This document shows positions 36,556 through 48,600 of a stretch of DNA of 64,000 bases, piece after piece. The stretch covers positions 131,254,001 through 131,318,000 of the forward strand of contig OZ360223.1 of NCBI GenBank assembly GCA_977017645.1. The letters are read 5' to 3'. The translations under genes were made by a program, and so were the position numbers. Every line of letters begins with the position of its first letter. Position 1 is the stretch's first letter. The DNA comes from Torpedo marmorata (taxonomy: Eukaryota). The notes under the pieces were generated by a model. That model saw nothing but the letters and a program-made list of their open reading frames with translations, ran no database searches and was not told the origin of the DNA.

Positions 36556-38394
36556 ACAGGGAAGGGGCCATACTGGACCTTATGTTAGTAAATTAGCTTA
36601 GTCGTCGATCAGTTTTAGTGGGAGAGCATTTTGGGAATAGTGATCACAATTCCTTTGTTATGAAAAAGGATAAGCCTGGGCCTCGTGGGAAAATATTAAA
36701 TTGGCGGATGGGAAATTATGACATCATTAGACAGGAAATCAGGGGAGTTAATTGGGAGCAGCTGGTATTGGGTGAATCCACAACTGACATGTGGAAGTTG
36801 GTAAGAACCAGCTAATTAGAGTCCAGTACTGGCATGTTTCAGCAAGGAGGAAGGATATGGATGGGAAGGTAAGAGAACCTTAGATGATGAGAGAGGTCAT
36901 AATTTATCAAAAAGAAAAAAGAAGCATATGTACAATTTAGGAAGCTAAAATCAGACAGTGCCCCGGAGGAATATAAAAATTGCAGGAAAGAGCTCAAATA
37001 GGGCATTAGGAAAGCCAAAAGGGGCCAAGGACTATTCTTGGTGATCAGGATCAAAGAGAATCCCAAGAAATGTTATACTTACATTAAAAATAAAAAGATG
37101 ACATGGGAGTGGATAGGACCACTCAAGGAGAAAGGAGGAATTTATGCTGGGATTCAGAGGAAGTGGGTGAGGTACTAAATGAGCACCTTGCATTGGTACT
37201 CACCAAGGAGAAGGACATGGACAGTGATAGGGAGCATAATGTGGAGAATGATTATGTGTTAGGGCATTTTGAGATCAAGAAAGAGGAGGTGTTAGGTCGT
37301 TTGAAGAGCAGTAATGTGGATTTGTCCCAGGTCTGATGGGTTATATCCCAGATTATTGAAAGAGGCAAGTAAGGAGATTGTTGGGGCCTTGACAACATTA
37401 GCAACAGGCAAGGTCCCGGAGGACTGAAAAGTAGCCAATGTTGTACATTTGTTCAAAAAGGGAAATAGGGATAATTCAGAAGCCTCACATCAGTGTTACG
37501 GAAACAATTGGAGAGGATACTTAGGGATAGGATCTATGCACATTTTGAAAGGCATGGTCAGATTAGGGACAGTCAGCATGGCTTTATGCAGTGAGGTCAT
37601 GCCTAACAAATTTGAGTGTTTTGAGGAGGTAGCAAAGGTGGTTGATGAGGGTAGGGCAGTTGGTGTTGTCTACATGGATGTTAGTTAGGCACATGACAAG
37701 TTCCCACATGGTAGGCTGATCCAGAAGGTACAGACGCATGGGATTCATGGTGAATTGATAGTTTGGATTCAGACTTGGTTGGCCCATATAAAGCAGAGGG
37801 TGGTGGTGGAAGGGTCTTATTCAGGCTGAAGGCTTGTGACTAGTGGTGTTCCCCAGGGATCCCAGGGATCATGAGATATACAAATAACTGAAAAAAAAAC
37901 AGTAGATGCGTGGGTTCGTAAATTTGAAGATGACACTAAGATTGGTGGAGTGGTGAACAGTGTACAGGGCTACCAAGGAATACAACGGAATATAGATCAG
38001 TTACATATATGGGCAAACAAAATGACAGATGGAGTTTAATACAGATGAGTGTGAGGTGTTGCACTGTGGGAGATCAAATGTAAGAGGAATGGTTGGGCTC
38101 TTAAAAGCATTGATGTGCAGAGGGATCTGGGAGTTCAGATCAATAGCTCCTTGAAACTCGCCTTAAAAAGATGGGGTGGGAAAGAAGACACATGGGATGC
38201 TTGCCTTCATTGGGTGGGCCATTGAGTATAAAAGTAAGAAAGTCGTGTTGCAGCTTTGGTAAGGCCACACTTAGAGTACAGTACGTTTCCGATTATCCGA
38301 AAGCCACTTTACCGAAATTGTCAGTTATCCGCGAAAATTTTCGGCGGCGACATGACGTCTCAAGTTGAAAAAAGTTGATTTTTTTTTTACCTGC

Positions 38395-38590
38395 CGTGCT
38401 CAAGTGGGACTCTGACGCGCTGTTAGTGCCATTTTGAATCCAACAGAGCTCTCGCTCTCATGTACTCAAGTGCGCTGTTAGCGCCATTTTGAATCCAACG
38501 GAGCTCTCGTGTACTCAAGTGGGACTCTGACGCGCTGTTAGCGCCATTTTGAATCCAACGGAGCTCTCGTGTACTCAAGTGTACTCAAGG
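38395..38590. repeat. ~60-bp tandem repeat, about 3 copies
   Basis: GCGCTGTTAG(T/C)GCCATTTTGAATCCAAC(A/G)GAGCTCTCG occurs three times. Confidence 0.85.
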
Positions 38591-38667
38591 TAAGAATTAA
38601 ACTTTATTTCATGCTTGAAAAACCCTCCCTTGTTCTTTGTTGTTGTTTTATGATGATGCTACTGGGC

Positions 38668-39040
38668 TGGGATCGGAGCGGTGACCTCGGGGTCCCGGGC
38701 AGTTTCCGCGACGACGGTGGGGAGGTGTGTGGGATCCGAGCGGGAACCTCGGGGTCCCGGGCAGGTTCCGCGACGGCGGTGGGGAGGTGTCGGGGATCCG
38801 AGCGGGGACCTCGGGCTCCCGGGCAGGTTCCGTGACGGCGGTGGGGAGGTGTCTGGGATCCGAGCGGGAACCTCGGGCTCCCGGGCAGGTTCCACGATGG
38901 TGGTGGGGAGGTGTCTGGGATCGGAGCGGGGACCTTGGGCTCCCGGGCAGTTTCCGCGACGGCGGTGGGGAGGTGTCGAGGATCCGAGCGGGAACCTCGG
39001 GCGCCTGGGCAGGTTTGGAGGTGGGGAGGTGTCGGGATCG
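38668..39040. repeat. 62-bp GC-rich minisatellite, about 6 copies
   Basis: Unit GGGATCCGAGCGGGAACCTCGGG..CCCGGGCAGGTTCCGCGACGGCGGTGGGGAGGTGTC, with starts at 38731 and 38793. Confidence 0.92.
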
Positions 39041-39695
39041 GCGATGGCCGATACAAGTATTCTGCTGCTTAAGTTGGGCTGCTTAAAGGCTTTTCTCAGA
39101 TATCCGGAAAATGGAGTTAACCGATACACGTCCGGTCCCGAGCATTTCGGATAATCGAAAACGTACTGTATTGTGTGAAACTCCGTTCACCCCATTACGG
39201 TAAAGATCTGAAGACTTTGGAAAGGGTGTAGAAGATATTTACCAGGATACTGCCTGGATTAGAGATTATGAGCTATGGGGAGAGGCTGGACAAATTTGGG
39301 TTGTTTTTTTCTGGAGCAGAAGTTAAGGGGAAACCTGATAGAAGTTGATAAAATCATGAGGGGAATTGATAGGGTAGAAATAATCTTTTACCCAGGATAA
39401 AAATGTCAAATACAAGAAGACATGTGTTTAAGGTGAAGGGGGAAGTTTTAAGGTGAAAGGTGATGTGTGGGACAATTTTTCTTACACATGGACTGATAGG
39501 TGCCTGGGACAGGTTGCCAGGAAAAATGGTGGAAGCCGAGAGAATTGTGGTGTTTAAAATACTTTCAGATAGACATCTGCAGGGGATAGGGATATAAATC
39601 ATGTGCAAGCAGCAGAGTTTTAGTTTAATTTGGGCGTCATGTTTGGTGCAGACACATGGGCTGAAGGGCCTGTTCCTGTGATGTTCTACATTTTA

Positions 39696-39973
39696 TGCAG
39701 CGTTGCCCCCCCCAAGCGAGGTGCTGTGCCCCCCATCGCTTGCCGTCAGACCCACCCCCGCCCGCATCACTAGCGTGCGTCAAGCGTGAATCTCGATGCA
39801 ATAAAAGCAACGATTTTCGCTGCTACGGTCGGAGGGAATGGAGGTTTCCGTCCAGTAGGCAGCTACCAGATCCCCCCCCCCCACTGAGCGAGTTTACGAC
39901 TGTCAGACTGTGCCCCCCCCCCCACCGGTTACCCTAATGCCCCCCTCTAACACTCGTTCTGGCGCCGACCCTG
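39696..39973. mobile_element. Probable hAT-like MITE end (one TIR only)
   Basis: GC-rich insert with repeated TGCCCCCC, ending CTGGCGCCGACCCTG, inside a CR1 tail. No partner TIR found. Confidence 0.45.
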
Positions 39974-40449
39974 ATTCTATGATACACTTTCTTAAATTAT
40001 AAATTGGAACACTGTCTCTCAGGAAGTAAGTTAGTTCTTGGCTGATTTTCATTAACTCCATGGTTTTAACCTATTTTCCAGCATATACAAAATGCAGCTG
40101 CATGTGGGAGTCTTGGATTGCAAAACTGGAAATTTCTTAGTCTCCTACCTCTCCCTTCATGGCCACCCCCACCAAAATCATGTCGACATATCAGAGTCTT
40201 GAAAAATCATCAATTAATTATCATTAATGTAAGAACATTTGGAAAATATTTTGTACATCTTGTGCAGACTAATCACAATGGTGCTCCCCACATCACACCC
40301 ACATGTCTACTGATTATTCCCTCACTGAAATGAAGATCCTATAATCTAATAAGAAGGAAGAAAATTGATTTTGAAATATGTAATGTAATATCAAAAGAAA
40401 CAGTAAGAGTTTCACTGAATAAGTTAATGGGAAGAAGGTGACTAAGGTA

Positions 40450-40595
40450 AAAAACACAAATGCTGGAGAAACTCAGCAGGTCAAACAGTGTCTTTTATGT
40501 AGCAAAGGTAGAAATACATAACCGACGTTTCGGGCTTGAGCCCTTCATCAAAGTATGAGAAAATGCCGGCAGGCATTTTTCGTGATTTACAAGAC
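40450..40595 (-). mobile_element. 146-bp non-autonomous Penelope-derived insert
   Basis: Antisense copy of the pLTR at 43445-43577. TSD GACTAAGGTA at 40440-40449 and 40596-40605. Confidence 0.85.
40515..40558 (-). ncRNA. Minimal type I hammerhead ribozyme motif (Penelope type)
   Basis: Minus strand reads CAUAC-U-UUGAUGA-A-GGGC UCAA GCCC-GAAA-CG-UC/GGUUAUG: perfect stem II, palindromic ACGU stem III, variant U3. Confidence 0.7.
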
Positions 40596-40657
40596 GACTA
40601 AGGTAGTTGTGGGATTTCTGAAGAATGAGACTGATGAATTAATAACATTTTCGGGTT

Positions 40658-40945
40658 AAAAACAAACTGTTGGAGGAATTCAGTGGGTCAGGCAGTATCC
40701 AGGGAGAGAAATGGGCACTTCGGGACTAGGAAAAGAAAGGGGAGACAGGCAGTATTAAAGAGAGGTGGAGGGGCCAACGGTGAGAGGTGCACCAAGGAGG
40801 GGACCCTTTCCCTTGTCAGCCCTGAAGTAGGATTTCAACCCGAAATCCATTTGCCTCCATGGATGCTGCCTGACCCATTGTGTTCCTCCAGCAGTTTGTT
40901 TTTTGGCCAAGATTACAGCATCTTCCGTCTGCAGTGTCTCTCTTT
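40658..40945. mobile_element. Penelope-derived fold-back element
   Basis: ~48-bp inverted arms at 40658-40706 and 40855-40904; decayed CTGA..GAAA hammerhead core at 40822-40845. Confidence 0.7.
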
Positions 40946-40957
40946 TCTTGGTCGATA

Positions 40958-41290
40958 GTCAGTCTGTTTCACAGGATGGAAATGTCAAATAGATGTTAAA
41001 CTAACTGGTCTAGAGTACCCTGAGCGAACTCTAAAGATCATAGCTTCAAGGGGGAAAGTTTAAAGGAGATTTACAGGACAAGTTTTTTACATGGAGAGTG
41101 ATAGGTGCCTGGAACATGCAGCCGGGAGAGATGGTGGAAGCATGTATAATAGCAATGTTTAAAAGGCATTCAGACAGGCACATGGACAAGCAGGGAATAG
41201 AGGGATATCAACCATGTGCAGACAGATGGGATTACTTTAACTTGGCATCATGGTTGATTCTGACCAATGGACTTTTTTCTGTGTTCTTAA
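40958..41290 (+). mobile_element. CR1 3' fragment
   Basis: IGAWNMQPGEMVEA..FKRHSDRHMD. Confidence 0.8.
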
Positions 41291-41423
41291 AATCCTGATA
41301 GATTACATCAAATATTTGCCTCTGTCTTCATTGTGGAGAACAGTGCAAATATCCCTACAGTAACTGATGAGCTATTTTAAAACCATAGATGCGAACTTGT
41401 AAATAAACTCTATCACAAAAAAT

Positions 41424-41580
41424 AAATTTAAATTTAAATTTAGAGATACAACACGATAACAGGGTCTTCTGGCCCATGAGCCCACGCGCCCAATTAAACC
41501 CATGTGGCCAATTAACCTACTAACCCCGTACGTCTGAGAAATGTGGGAGGAAACCAGAGTACCCGGAGGAAACCCACTCC
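41424..41580 (-). mobile_element. HE1-like V-SINE 3' half
   Basis: (AAATTT)n tail and GTGGGAGGAAACCAGAGTACCCGGAGGAAACCCAC. Confidence 0.8.
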
Positions 41581-41599
41581 AGAGGTCACTCTGACGTAA

Positions 41600-43945
41600 G
41601 TGTTAAAGAAACTTACAGGGCTAAAGGTGGATAAATCATCAGGCTAAACTTGGCAAAGGGATACTAATGTCGGGAAGTGTGAGGTCATCAACTTCAGTCA
41701 GCAGAATCAAAAGAAAGATTACTATCTAAACAGAGAGAGACTGCCAATGTGAATTTCAGAGGGATCGAGATGTTCTAGTGCATGAATCATAAAAACATTG
41801 GCATGCAGGTCTAACATGTAGTTCAGAAGGCCAACAGCATACACATACAAGATACACAAACCCAATTATCCAGGTAGACCCATTGTTTCCGCATGCTCCT
41901 GCCCCACCAAATTGGTATCATCTTCCCTCAACTCAATTTTTCCCCCCTGTTCCAGTCCCTCCCAACCGACATCCTCAATACCTCACATGCCCTCCATCTC
42001 TTCAATAACTTCCAATTCCCTAAACTTGACCACCTCATTTTCACTATAGACATCCAATCTCTCTACACCTCCATCCCCCATAGAGAAGGTCTCAAAGCCC
42101 TTTGTTTCTTTCTTAACAACAGTCCAAACCATTTCCCCTCCACCACCACCCTCCTCTGCCTGGCAGAACTTCACCCTCAATAACTTCTCCTTTGTCTCAT
42201 CCCACTTTCTCCAAGTCAAAGGAGTAGCCATAGGTAGCCGCATGGGTCCCAGCTATGCCTGCCTTTTTGTTGGCTTTCTAGAGAAATCCATGCTGTAAGC
42301 CTACACAGACAAGGCTCCTCAATTCTTCCTCTGCTGCATTGACGACTACATTGGTGCTGCCTCTTACATCCATGATGAGCTCGTCAATTTTATTCACTCT
42401 GCTGCTAACTTTCATCCCGACCTCATATTCACTTGGTCCATCGCCTGCAACACCTTCCCCTTTCTTGATCTTTCTGTCTCCATCTCTGGAGACAAACTTT
42501 CTACAGACATTTTTTACAAACATACCAACTCCCACAATGACCTCAACTTCACACCCAGTGGATTCTATTACTTTCTCTCAATTTCTCTGCCTCTGTCACA
42601 TCAACTCAGCCCTTACCCGCATCTCCTCCATTTCCCGCACATCTGCCCTGGACCCTCTGCTCCCAGACGCAACATAAACAGGATTCCCCTTGTCCTCTCC
42701 GACCACCCCATCAGTCTCCGCAGCCAACATATTATCACCACAATTTCTGTCACGTACAACACGATCCCACCACCAGACACATCTTCCCTCTCCTCCCCTC
42801 TCCGCCTTCCGTAGGGACCACTCCCTTCATGACATCCTCATCCACTCATCCCTTCCCATTAATCGCCCCCCTGGCACCTTCCGCAGCGACCGCAGGAAGT
42901 GCCACACTTGCGCCACACTTCCTCCCTCACCACCATTCGGGGCCCCAAACAGTCCCTGCAAGTGAAGCAACATTTCACTTATGAATCTGCGGGAATCATC
43001 TACTGCATCCGGTTCTCCCGTTGTGAGACTGGACACATACTGGAAGATCGCTTCACTGAGCACCTTCACTCTGTCCACATCAATGAAAGGGATCTCCCAG
43101 CGGCCAACCATTTCAATTCTGCACTCCACTCCCGTGCTGACATGTCTGTCCATGGCCTCATGCACGCCAAACAAACCAAGGCCACCCATAAATTGGAGGA
43201 GCAACACCTAATATTCTGTCTCGGTTCCAACCGGATGGCATTAACATCGACTTCTCCAGTTTCTGTTAAATCACTCCCCGTTTTCCCCCTCTTCCCCATT
43301 CTGTCTCCTTTCCTCCATCTCTCCACCCCTTCCCTCTCCATTCCCCCTCCCACTGTTTTCTGTTGTGCCCTCCCTCCCTTATCCACCTATTATCTCTTGC
43401 CTGTCGGCCTGTTCCTCCCCTGCCCCTCCCCCCACCATTTTATTCAGATGCCTGTCTACATTTTCCTCATACCTTGATAAAGGGCTCAAGCCCAAAATGT
43501 TGGTTATGTATTTTTATCTTTGCTATATAAATTATGCAGTTTGACCTGCTAAGTCTGCAGACTTTCGTGTTTTACTCCAGCATTTTGTCCTTTATTGCAA
43601 AGAGTTTAGAGGTTAAGAACAGAGGGATATGTTGCAGTTGTTAGTGCAGGCACACCTAGAATATTGTACACAGTTTTAGCCCCTTTACCTAAAAAAAGTA
43701 TAAAATAGTATTGGAGCTAGTCTAAATGAAATTGTTGAGGCTAAAAAAAGTGATAGACAGTTTGAATCTGTATTCCTTGGAGTAAAGGAGAATGAGGTGT
43801 GACTTTATTCAAACATATGAGACCCTAAGAGGGTTTGCAGGGTAGAGGTTGAGATGTTTTCACCCGTGGGAGAGTCACCAAAAAGGGGATATAGCTATAA
43901 AATAAGGGGCTGGTCACTTAAAACAGATTTTTCTCTTGGAGAGGA
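41600..43945 (+). mobile_element. Degenerate CR1 split by a Penelope element
   Basis: ...KCEVI..QRD..VLVHES..KANS | ILSFIAK..HLEYCTQF. The two flanks rejoin at CAGCAT. Confidence 0.7.
41841..43577 (+). mobile_element. Penelope-like element (RT, GIY-YIG remnant, 3' pLTR), 5'-truncated
   Basis: KIHKPNYPGRPIVS, DIQSLYTSIPH, GVAIGSRMGPSYA, IDD, LPFLDL, CHTC, IYCIRFSRC..ETG..RFTEH. TSD CAGCAT at 41835-41840 and 43578-43583. Decayed hammerhead at 43468-43508. Confidence 0.9.
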
Positions 43946-44371
43946 CAAAAGGAAATGTCTGTGACAAGGTGGAAGGCAGGAGACATTAAATGACTAAAGG
44001 CTGAATAAAGCAAGAGAAAGAGGATTGTGAGTGAAAATAACTCTGAAGGGGATATAAATACAGGCTAATTATCTGAAAATACAAAGGAATGTTGTGTGAC
44101 TTCTGCTGAAAATCTAAAATGAAAATGCTAAAAATGCTCCTTTTCAAAAATAAAATTGCGCCTTCTAGACTCAACTTTGATTTCAACAATTCCAGGTTGG
44201 CTCATTGACCTGACACGTTAACTTTGTTTCTCTCTAAGTGCATGTTGCCTGCCCTACTGATTATTTTTAGCACTTTCTCTGTTATGGCAAAAAAAAATCC
44301 ATATTTTTGAGAATCCAAAAACATGTCTAGTTTAAGGTTTCAAACTAGCACTTAAGCATCCTTCACATATA

Positions 44372-45052
44372 CCGTATATTTCGGCGTATAAGTCGACCGG
44401 CAGATAAGTCGACCCCTCTTTTTCAGCCTCATTTTAATGGTTTTATGGTATATCCGGCATATAAGTCGACCCCCAATTTTCAGGCTGTCCGGGCCTCCCA
44501 GCAACAACCCAAAATTTGTTACAACACCCCAATCGCCAAGTAACAAAGCTGTAAATTAAAATTAAAGCTGTAAGTTAAAAAAACAGTAAAAAAAACCTTT
44601 GCTTCTGGCCGGGAAGATGCAGGTGCGGCGACGTCTTTCTCCTGAGCAGGTGCGGCGACGTCTTTCTCCCGAGCAGGAGCGGAGAGCTCGTTCTCCCGAG
44701 CAGGAGCGGGGAGCTCGTTCTCCCGGGTAGGAGCGGGGACCTCGGACTCTACAATTGTAGAATGTCTGGGTGGTTTATGCCGGCGCCCGGTGGTGGGGAG
44801 TTGTCGGGGAGCGGCGGCGCCGGTGGTGGGGAGGTGCTTCCAGCGTCGACCTCTACGCCGAATCGGTTTTTCATGGGTCGACTTATACGCTGAATCGTGT
44901 TTTCAAGGGTCGACTTATACGCTGAATCGGCGTGAACTGGATTTTGAGCTGATTTTAAGGTCTCAAAAGTATATCCGGCGTATAAGTCGACCCCCGTTTT
45001 TTGAGACATTTTTGAGGGTTTCAAGGGTCAACTTATATGCCGAAATATACGG
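44372..45052. mobile_element. Tc1/mariner (Tc2-like) MITE
   Basis: TA TSDs; TIRs CCGTATATTTCGGCGTATAAGT and ACTTATATGCCGAAATATACGG; multiple TAAGTCGACC subterminal repeats; short GC-rich tandem units at 44620-44740. Confidence 0.9.
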
Positions 45053-45597
45053 TAGTTTTCATATTTGCTTTCAACACAGAAGGAGGCCTCTCAGAGCAAC
45101 CTCATCAATCACATTTCACCATTTATTTCTTCGTATCCCACATCTACCACTCCATCTGGCAGCTCAGCCCATGAACCTATCACCCTCTGTGTGCCTCTCA
45201 GGTTCTTTTTCAATCTTTTCCCTTGCACCTTGAACTGATTATCTTGAATTGTGGACTCCCTTACCCTAGGAAAAAGACTGTGACCATTTACCTTATCTAT
45301 GCCCCTCGATTTTTTTTGTACATATATATGTATACATATAAGGTCACCTCTCATCCTCCTAAGCTCCAGGGAGAAAGATCTTACCCTATCCAGCCTCTCC
45401 TTATAACTCATACCCTCCAAACCCAGCAATATCCTCGTGAATCTTTTCTGTGCTCTTTCCAACTTAATGATATACTTCCTATAGCTGGGCGACCTGAACT
45501 GCATACAATATTACAAGTGTGGTTTCACCACTATCTTGTACATCTGTAACATGACATACCAACCCCTGTTCTCAATGCCCTGTCTGATGAAGGCAAG

Positions 45598-47301
45598 TCA
45601 GATTTCAGATTTATTTATTGTCAGAGTACATACATGACATCACATACAACCCTGAGATTCTTTTTACCTGCGGGCGCGGCAGAATTACCACTAATTGGTA
45701 GTGCAAAAAATAAATTGTACACAGCGTAAACATGTAAACAAATAAAAGAACTGTAAACAGATAACGAATGTAAACAAACTGACTGTGTAATATAGAGAGA
45801 ACAAAAGAAAATCAATAAAGTGCACAAGTAAGAGTCCTTAAATGAGTCTCTGATTGAGTTTGTCGATGAGGAGTCTGGTGGTGGCGGGGTAGCAGCTGTT
45901 CCTGAACCTGGGGGTGCAAGTCTTGTGGCACCTGTACCTCTTTCCTGATGGCAGCAGTGAGAACAGAGTGTGTGCTGGGTGGTGTGAGTATTTGATGATT
46001 GCTGCTGCCCTCCAACGGCAGCGTTCCCTGTAGATGTACTCAATAGTGGGGAGGGTTTTGCCAGTAATGTCCTGGGCTGTGTCCACTACCTTTTGGAGGG
46101 CTTTACGCTCAGGGGTATTGGTGTTCCCATACTAGACCGTGATGCAGCCAGTCAGCACACTTTCCACCACACCTCTGTAGAAATTTGCCAGGGTTCCTGG
46201 TGTCATACCAAATCTCCGCAAACTCCTGGGGAAGTAGAGGCGCTGACGTGCTTTCTTCACGATGCCATTGGTGTGTAGGGTCCAGGAAAGATCTTCCGAG
46301 ATAGTGAATCTCAAGAACCTAAATTTGCACACCCTCTCCACCTCTGATCCCCCAATGATCACTGGATTGTATACCTCTGGCTTTCCTTTCCTGAAGTCAA
46401 CAATCAACTCCTTAGTTTTGGTGACATTGAGTGCAAGGTTGTTGTTGGTGCACCATTCAGCCAAGTTTTAAATCTCCATCTTGTATGCCAGCGTTTACCA
46501 AACTGGGTTCCGTGGAAGAAATGGGTACTAATAACTAAAACTTGTAAAAAAACTGTTTTTATTTAATTTAAATTTAAATTTAAATTACTTTTTACCTATG
46601 TTTCTAAACAGTTGCCTCAACGCTAACAAAACAAAATGGCGTCTTGAGGCCTGACGTCAGGCTTCAAGGTGCCATTTTCAACCAATGAGACTCGGATTTC
46701 TTTTGGCGCGAGTCTGGCCACATTTTTAAAATTTAAACTTCCTCCCCCTGTTCTTGCTCACTGGCTCGCTCGCTAAGCTGGGAGCGAGGTACGGCGGAGA
46801 CGGCCTGGGCCGCGGTGGGGAGCGAGGGGCGGTGGCGGGTGCGAGGGGCGGTGGGAGCGGCCTAGGCGGGGAGTGAGGGGATGCGGGGGCGGCCCGGGCC
46901 ACGGTGGGGAGTGAGGGGCGGCGGGGGTAGCCAGGCCTGTGGCAGGGAGCGAGGGGCGGCGGCGGGGAGCGAGGGGTGGCGGGGGTAGCCCAGGCCTGTG
47001 GCGGGGAGTGAAGGGTGGCGGGATTAGCCCAGGCCCATGGCGGGGCAAGGTCAGGGGGGGTGGGGCCTTACTGAAGCTCAGCCTAGGGCCCGGGTGGAAG
47101 TTAATCCGCTACTGGTGAGTTTATTTACTTTTTTATATGCTTTATATTTATTTATTTATATGCTTGTGTATATACCAGGTCTTTTAAACTGTAAATGACG
47201 ATTGGGGTTCCGCGATTTCCAAGTGCTACCCAAAAGGGTTCCGTGAGTTAAAAAGTTTGGGAAGCCCTGCTGTATGCTGACTCATCCCCTTCCTTTATAC
47301 A
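45598..47301 (-). mobile_element. Rex1/Babar 3' fragment (TCTGAAA subfamily) split by a hAT MITE
   Basis: Reverse complement of 31095-31970; CIKEGDESAY | ..AEWCTNNNL. Confidence 0.92.
46489..47269. mobile_element. hAT (Charlie-like) MITE with GC-rich repetitive core
   Basis: 8-bp TSD (T/C)TGTATGC at 46481-46488 and 47270-47277; TIRs CAGCGTTTACCAAACT and AGTTTGGGAAGCCCTG; GGGTTCCG subterminal motifs. Confidence 0.9.
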
Positions 47302-48514
47302 AAGTGTGCCAAATGCCTTCTTCACCACCCTGTCTACCTCTGTCACCACTTTCAGAGAAATATGTACCTGAATCTCCCAGTCTCCCGGTTCTACCATACT
47401 CTCCATGGCCCTGCCATCTGCTGTGTAAGGCCTCCCCTGGTTTAACTTACCAAAATACAACTTACTCCGCTCTTTGGTCTTACATCATGGGTTACAACCC
47501 CTTATTGCAAACAGAGACTTACATTTACAGATCATTCTTCAGTGAACTTTTGAAGTGCAGAAACGATTGTAAAGGAGAACAAATTTACCAAAAGACTATT
47601 TCATATGTTTGTGCTCTCTGTATCAGATATGGAATCAAGCTCGGTGTGGGAATCAATAAAAATAAAATTATTCTGTTGTATTCTTTGGGAGATGAAGAGT
47701 TAGCAATAACAAATTCAACAGTAACAGATTCCAAAGCATTCCATTAGGTTTTGATTTGGGTAAATCTTATTCTGCACACATAATGATGGTCACTTTAAAG
47801 TGGTCGTATCACTGTTTGAAGTCCCTTTCTTAATTGAAACTTCAGTAGTCTGAGCATACCACAGCATAGTGGTTAAGTTACTGGGCTACTTAATTTCCTG
47901 GATTTGAAGCCCTGAGGTCTGGAGTTGAATAACATGCATTTAAAACACTGGGAGACACAGTGTGGCAAGCAGGATCAGACTTCAGTTGCTGAGAGAATGA
48001 CCCATTTGTCAAACTACATGGCAACTGTAGTTGGTACGTTTTGATACCTGAGGAGGTGTGTAGGTGTGCAAGTGCGTATGCATGCGTGTGTGAGGGATAG
48101 TGAAGGTAGAGTCTGTTGTGCAGATAACCCACTCCACCACCTCCCCTCCTGCACTGCTCTCTACCCTGGTCATCCAATTGGTTGCAAAGTTTCATCCTAC
48201 ATGATTATGTTCCATCCAATGGGAAAGTAGAAGTTTATCTGCTGATTAGATATGAATGGAATCAATGAGTATGGGGTTAGCACAGAAAAGTGGAGCAGAG
48301 GCAGAATATCTGCTGTGATCTTACGTGTGCTTAATGTTATACAGTATATACACAGACTCATTATTCCACTGCAAACTGTACACAAACTTTCACAACACAG
48401 TTCACAATCACCTTAAATAACCAGCCAGCAAGAGTGTAAAATTAAGACAAATACCTTGATAAAGAATTAAGCCACTAAAATCCATTTGATTCCAACATCA
48501 ACATCTGGTAAATG

Positions 48515-48600
48515 AAAACAGGTGGAGCCTCAATTCGTCCACAAGACAACACCTTCAATAATACTGCACTCCCTCCACTCTGCCCAGGAATCTGCATGCA
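48515..48600 (-). mobile_element. Possible DeuSINE remnant
   Basis: AAGACAACACCTTC..GCACTCCCTCCACTCTGC resembles the antisense Deu core. Confidence 0.4.

Larger units (their letters stand above)
38279..39168. mobile_element. Tigger/pogo-like MITE with GC-rich minisatellite core
   Basis: TA TSDs; TIRs CAGTACGTTTCCGATTATCCGAAA and TTTCGGATAATCGAAAACGTACTG. Confidence 0.92.
36556..39693 (+). mobile_element. CR1, degenerate, end of APE through 3' tail; split by a MITE
   Basis: REGAILDL..GEHFGNSDHN, SQHG, KFEDDTKIGG, PHLEY | CV motifs; tail GGGCTGAAGGGCCTGTTCCTGTG. Confidence 0.88.
45140..47460 (-). mobile_element. CR1 fragment split by Rex1 and a hAT MITE
   Basis: QFRSPSYRK..LERAQKRFTR at 45140-45597; resumes at ~47302 with VVKKAFG. 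Confidence 0.8.

Noticed and set aside
36540-36570. Possible CR1 5' inversion (antisense-to-sense switch)
   Set aside because: Both sides have their own 3' tails and overlap in RT sequence, so they are two separate copies.
38569-39154. Several Gly/Arg/Pro-rich ORFs on both strands, and a CRISPR-like periodic array
   Set aside because: A GC-rich 62-bp minisatellite with no unique spacers and few stop codons, inside a MITE.
46773-47048. Proline-rich ORF / CpG-island promoter
   Set aside because: It is the repetitive core of a hAT MITE bounded by TIRs and an 8-bp TSD.
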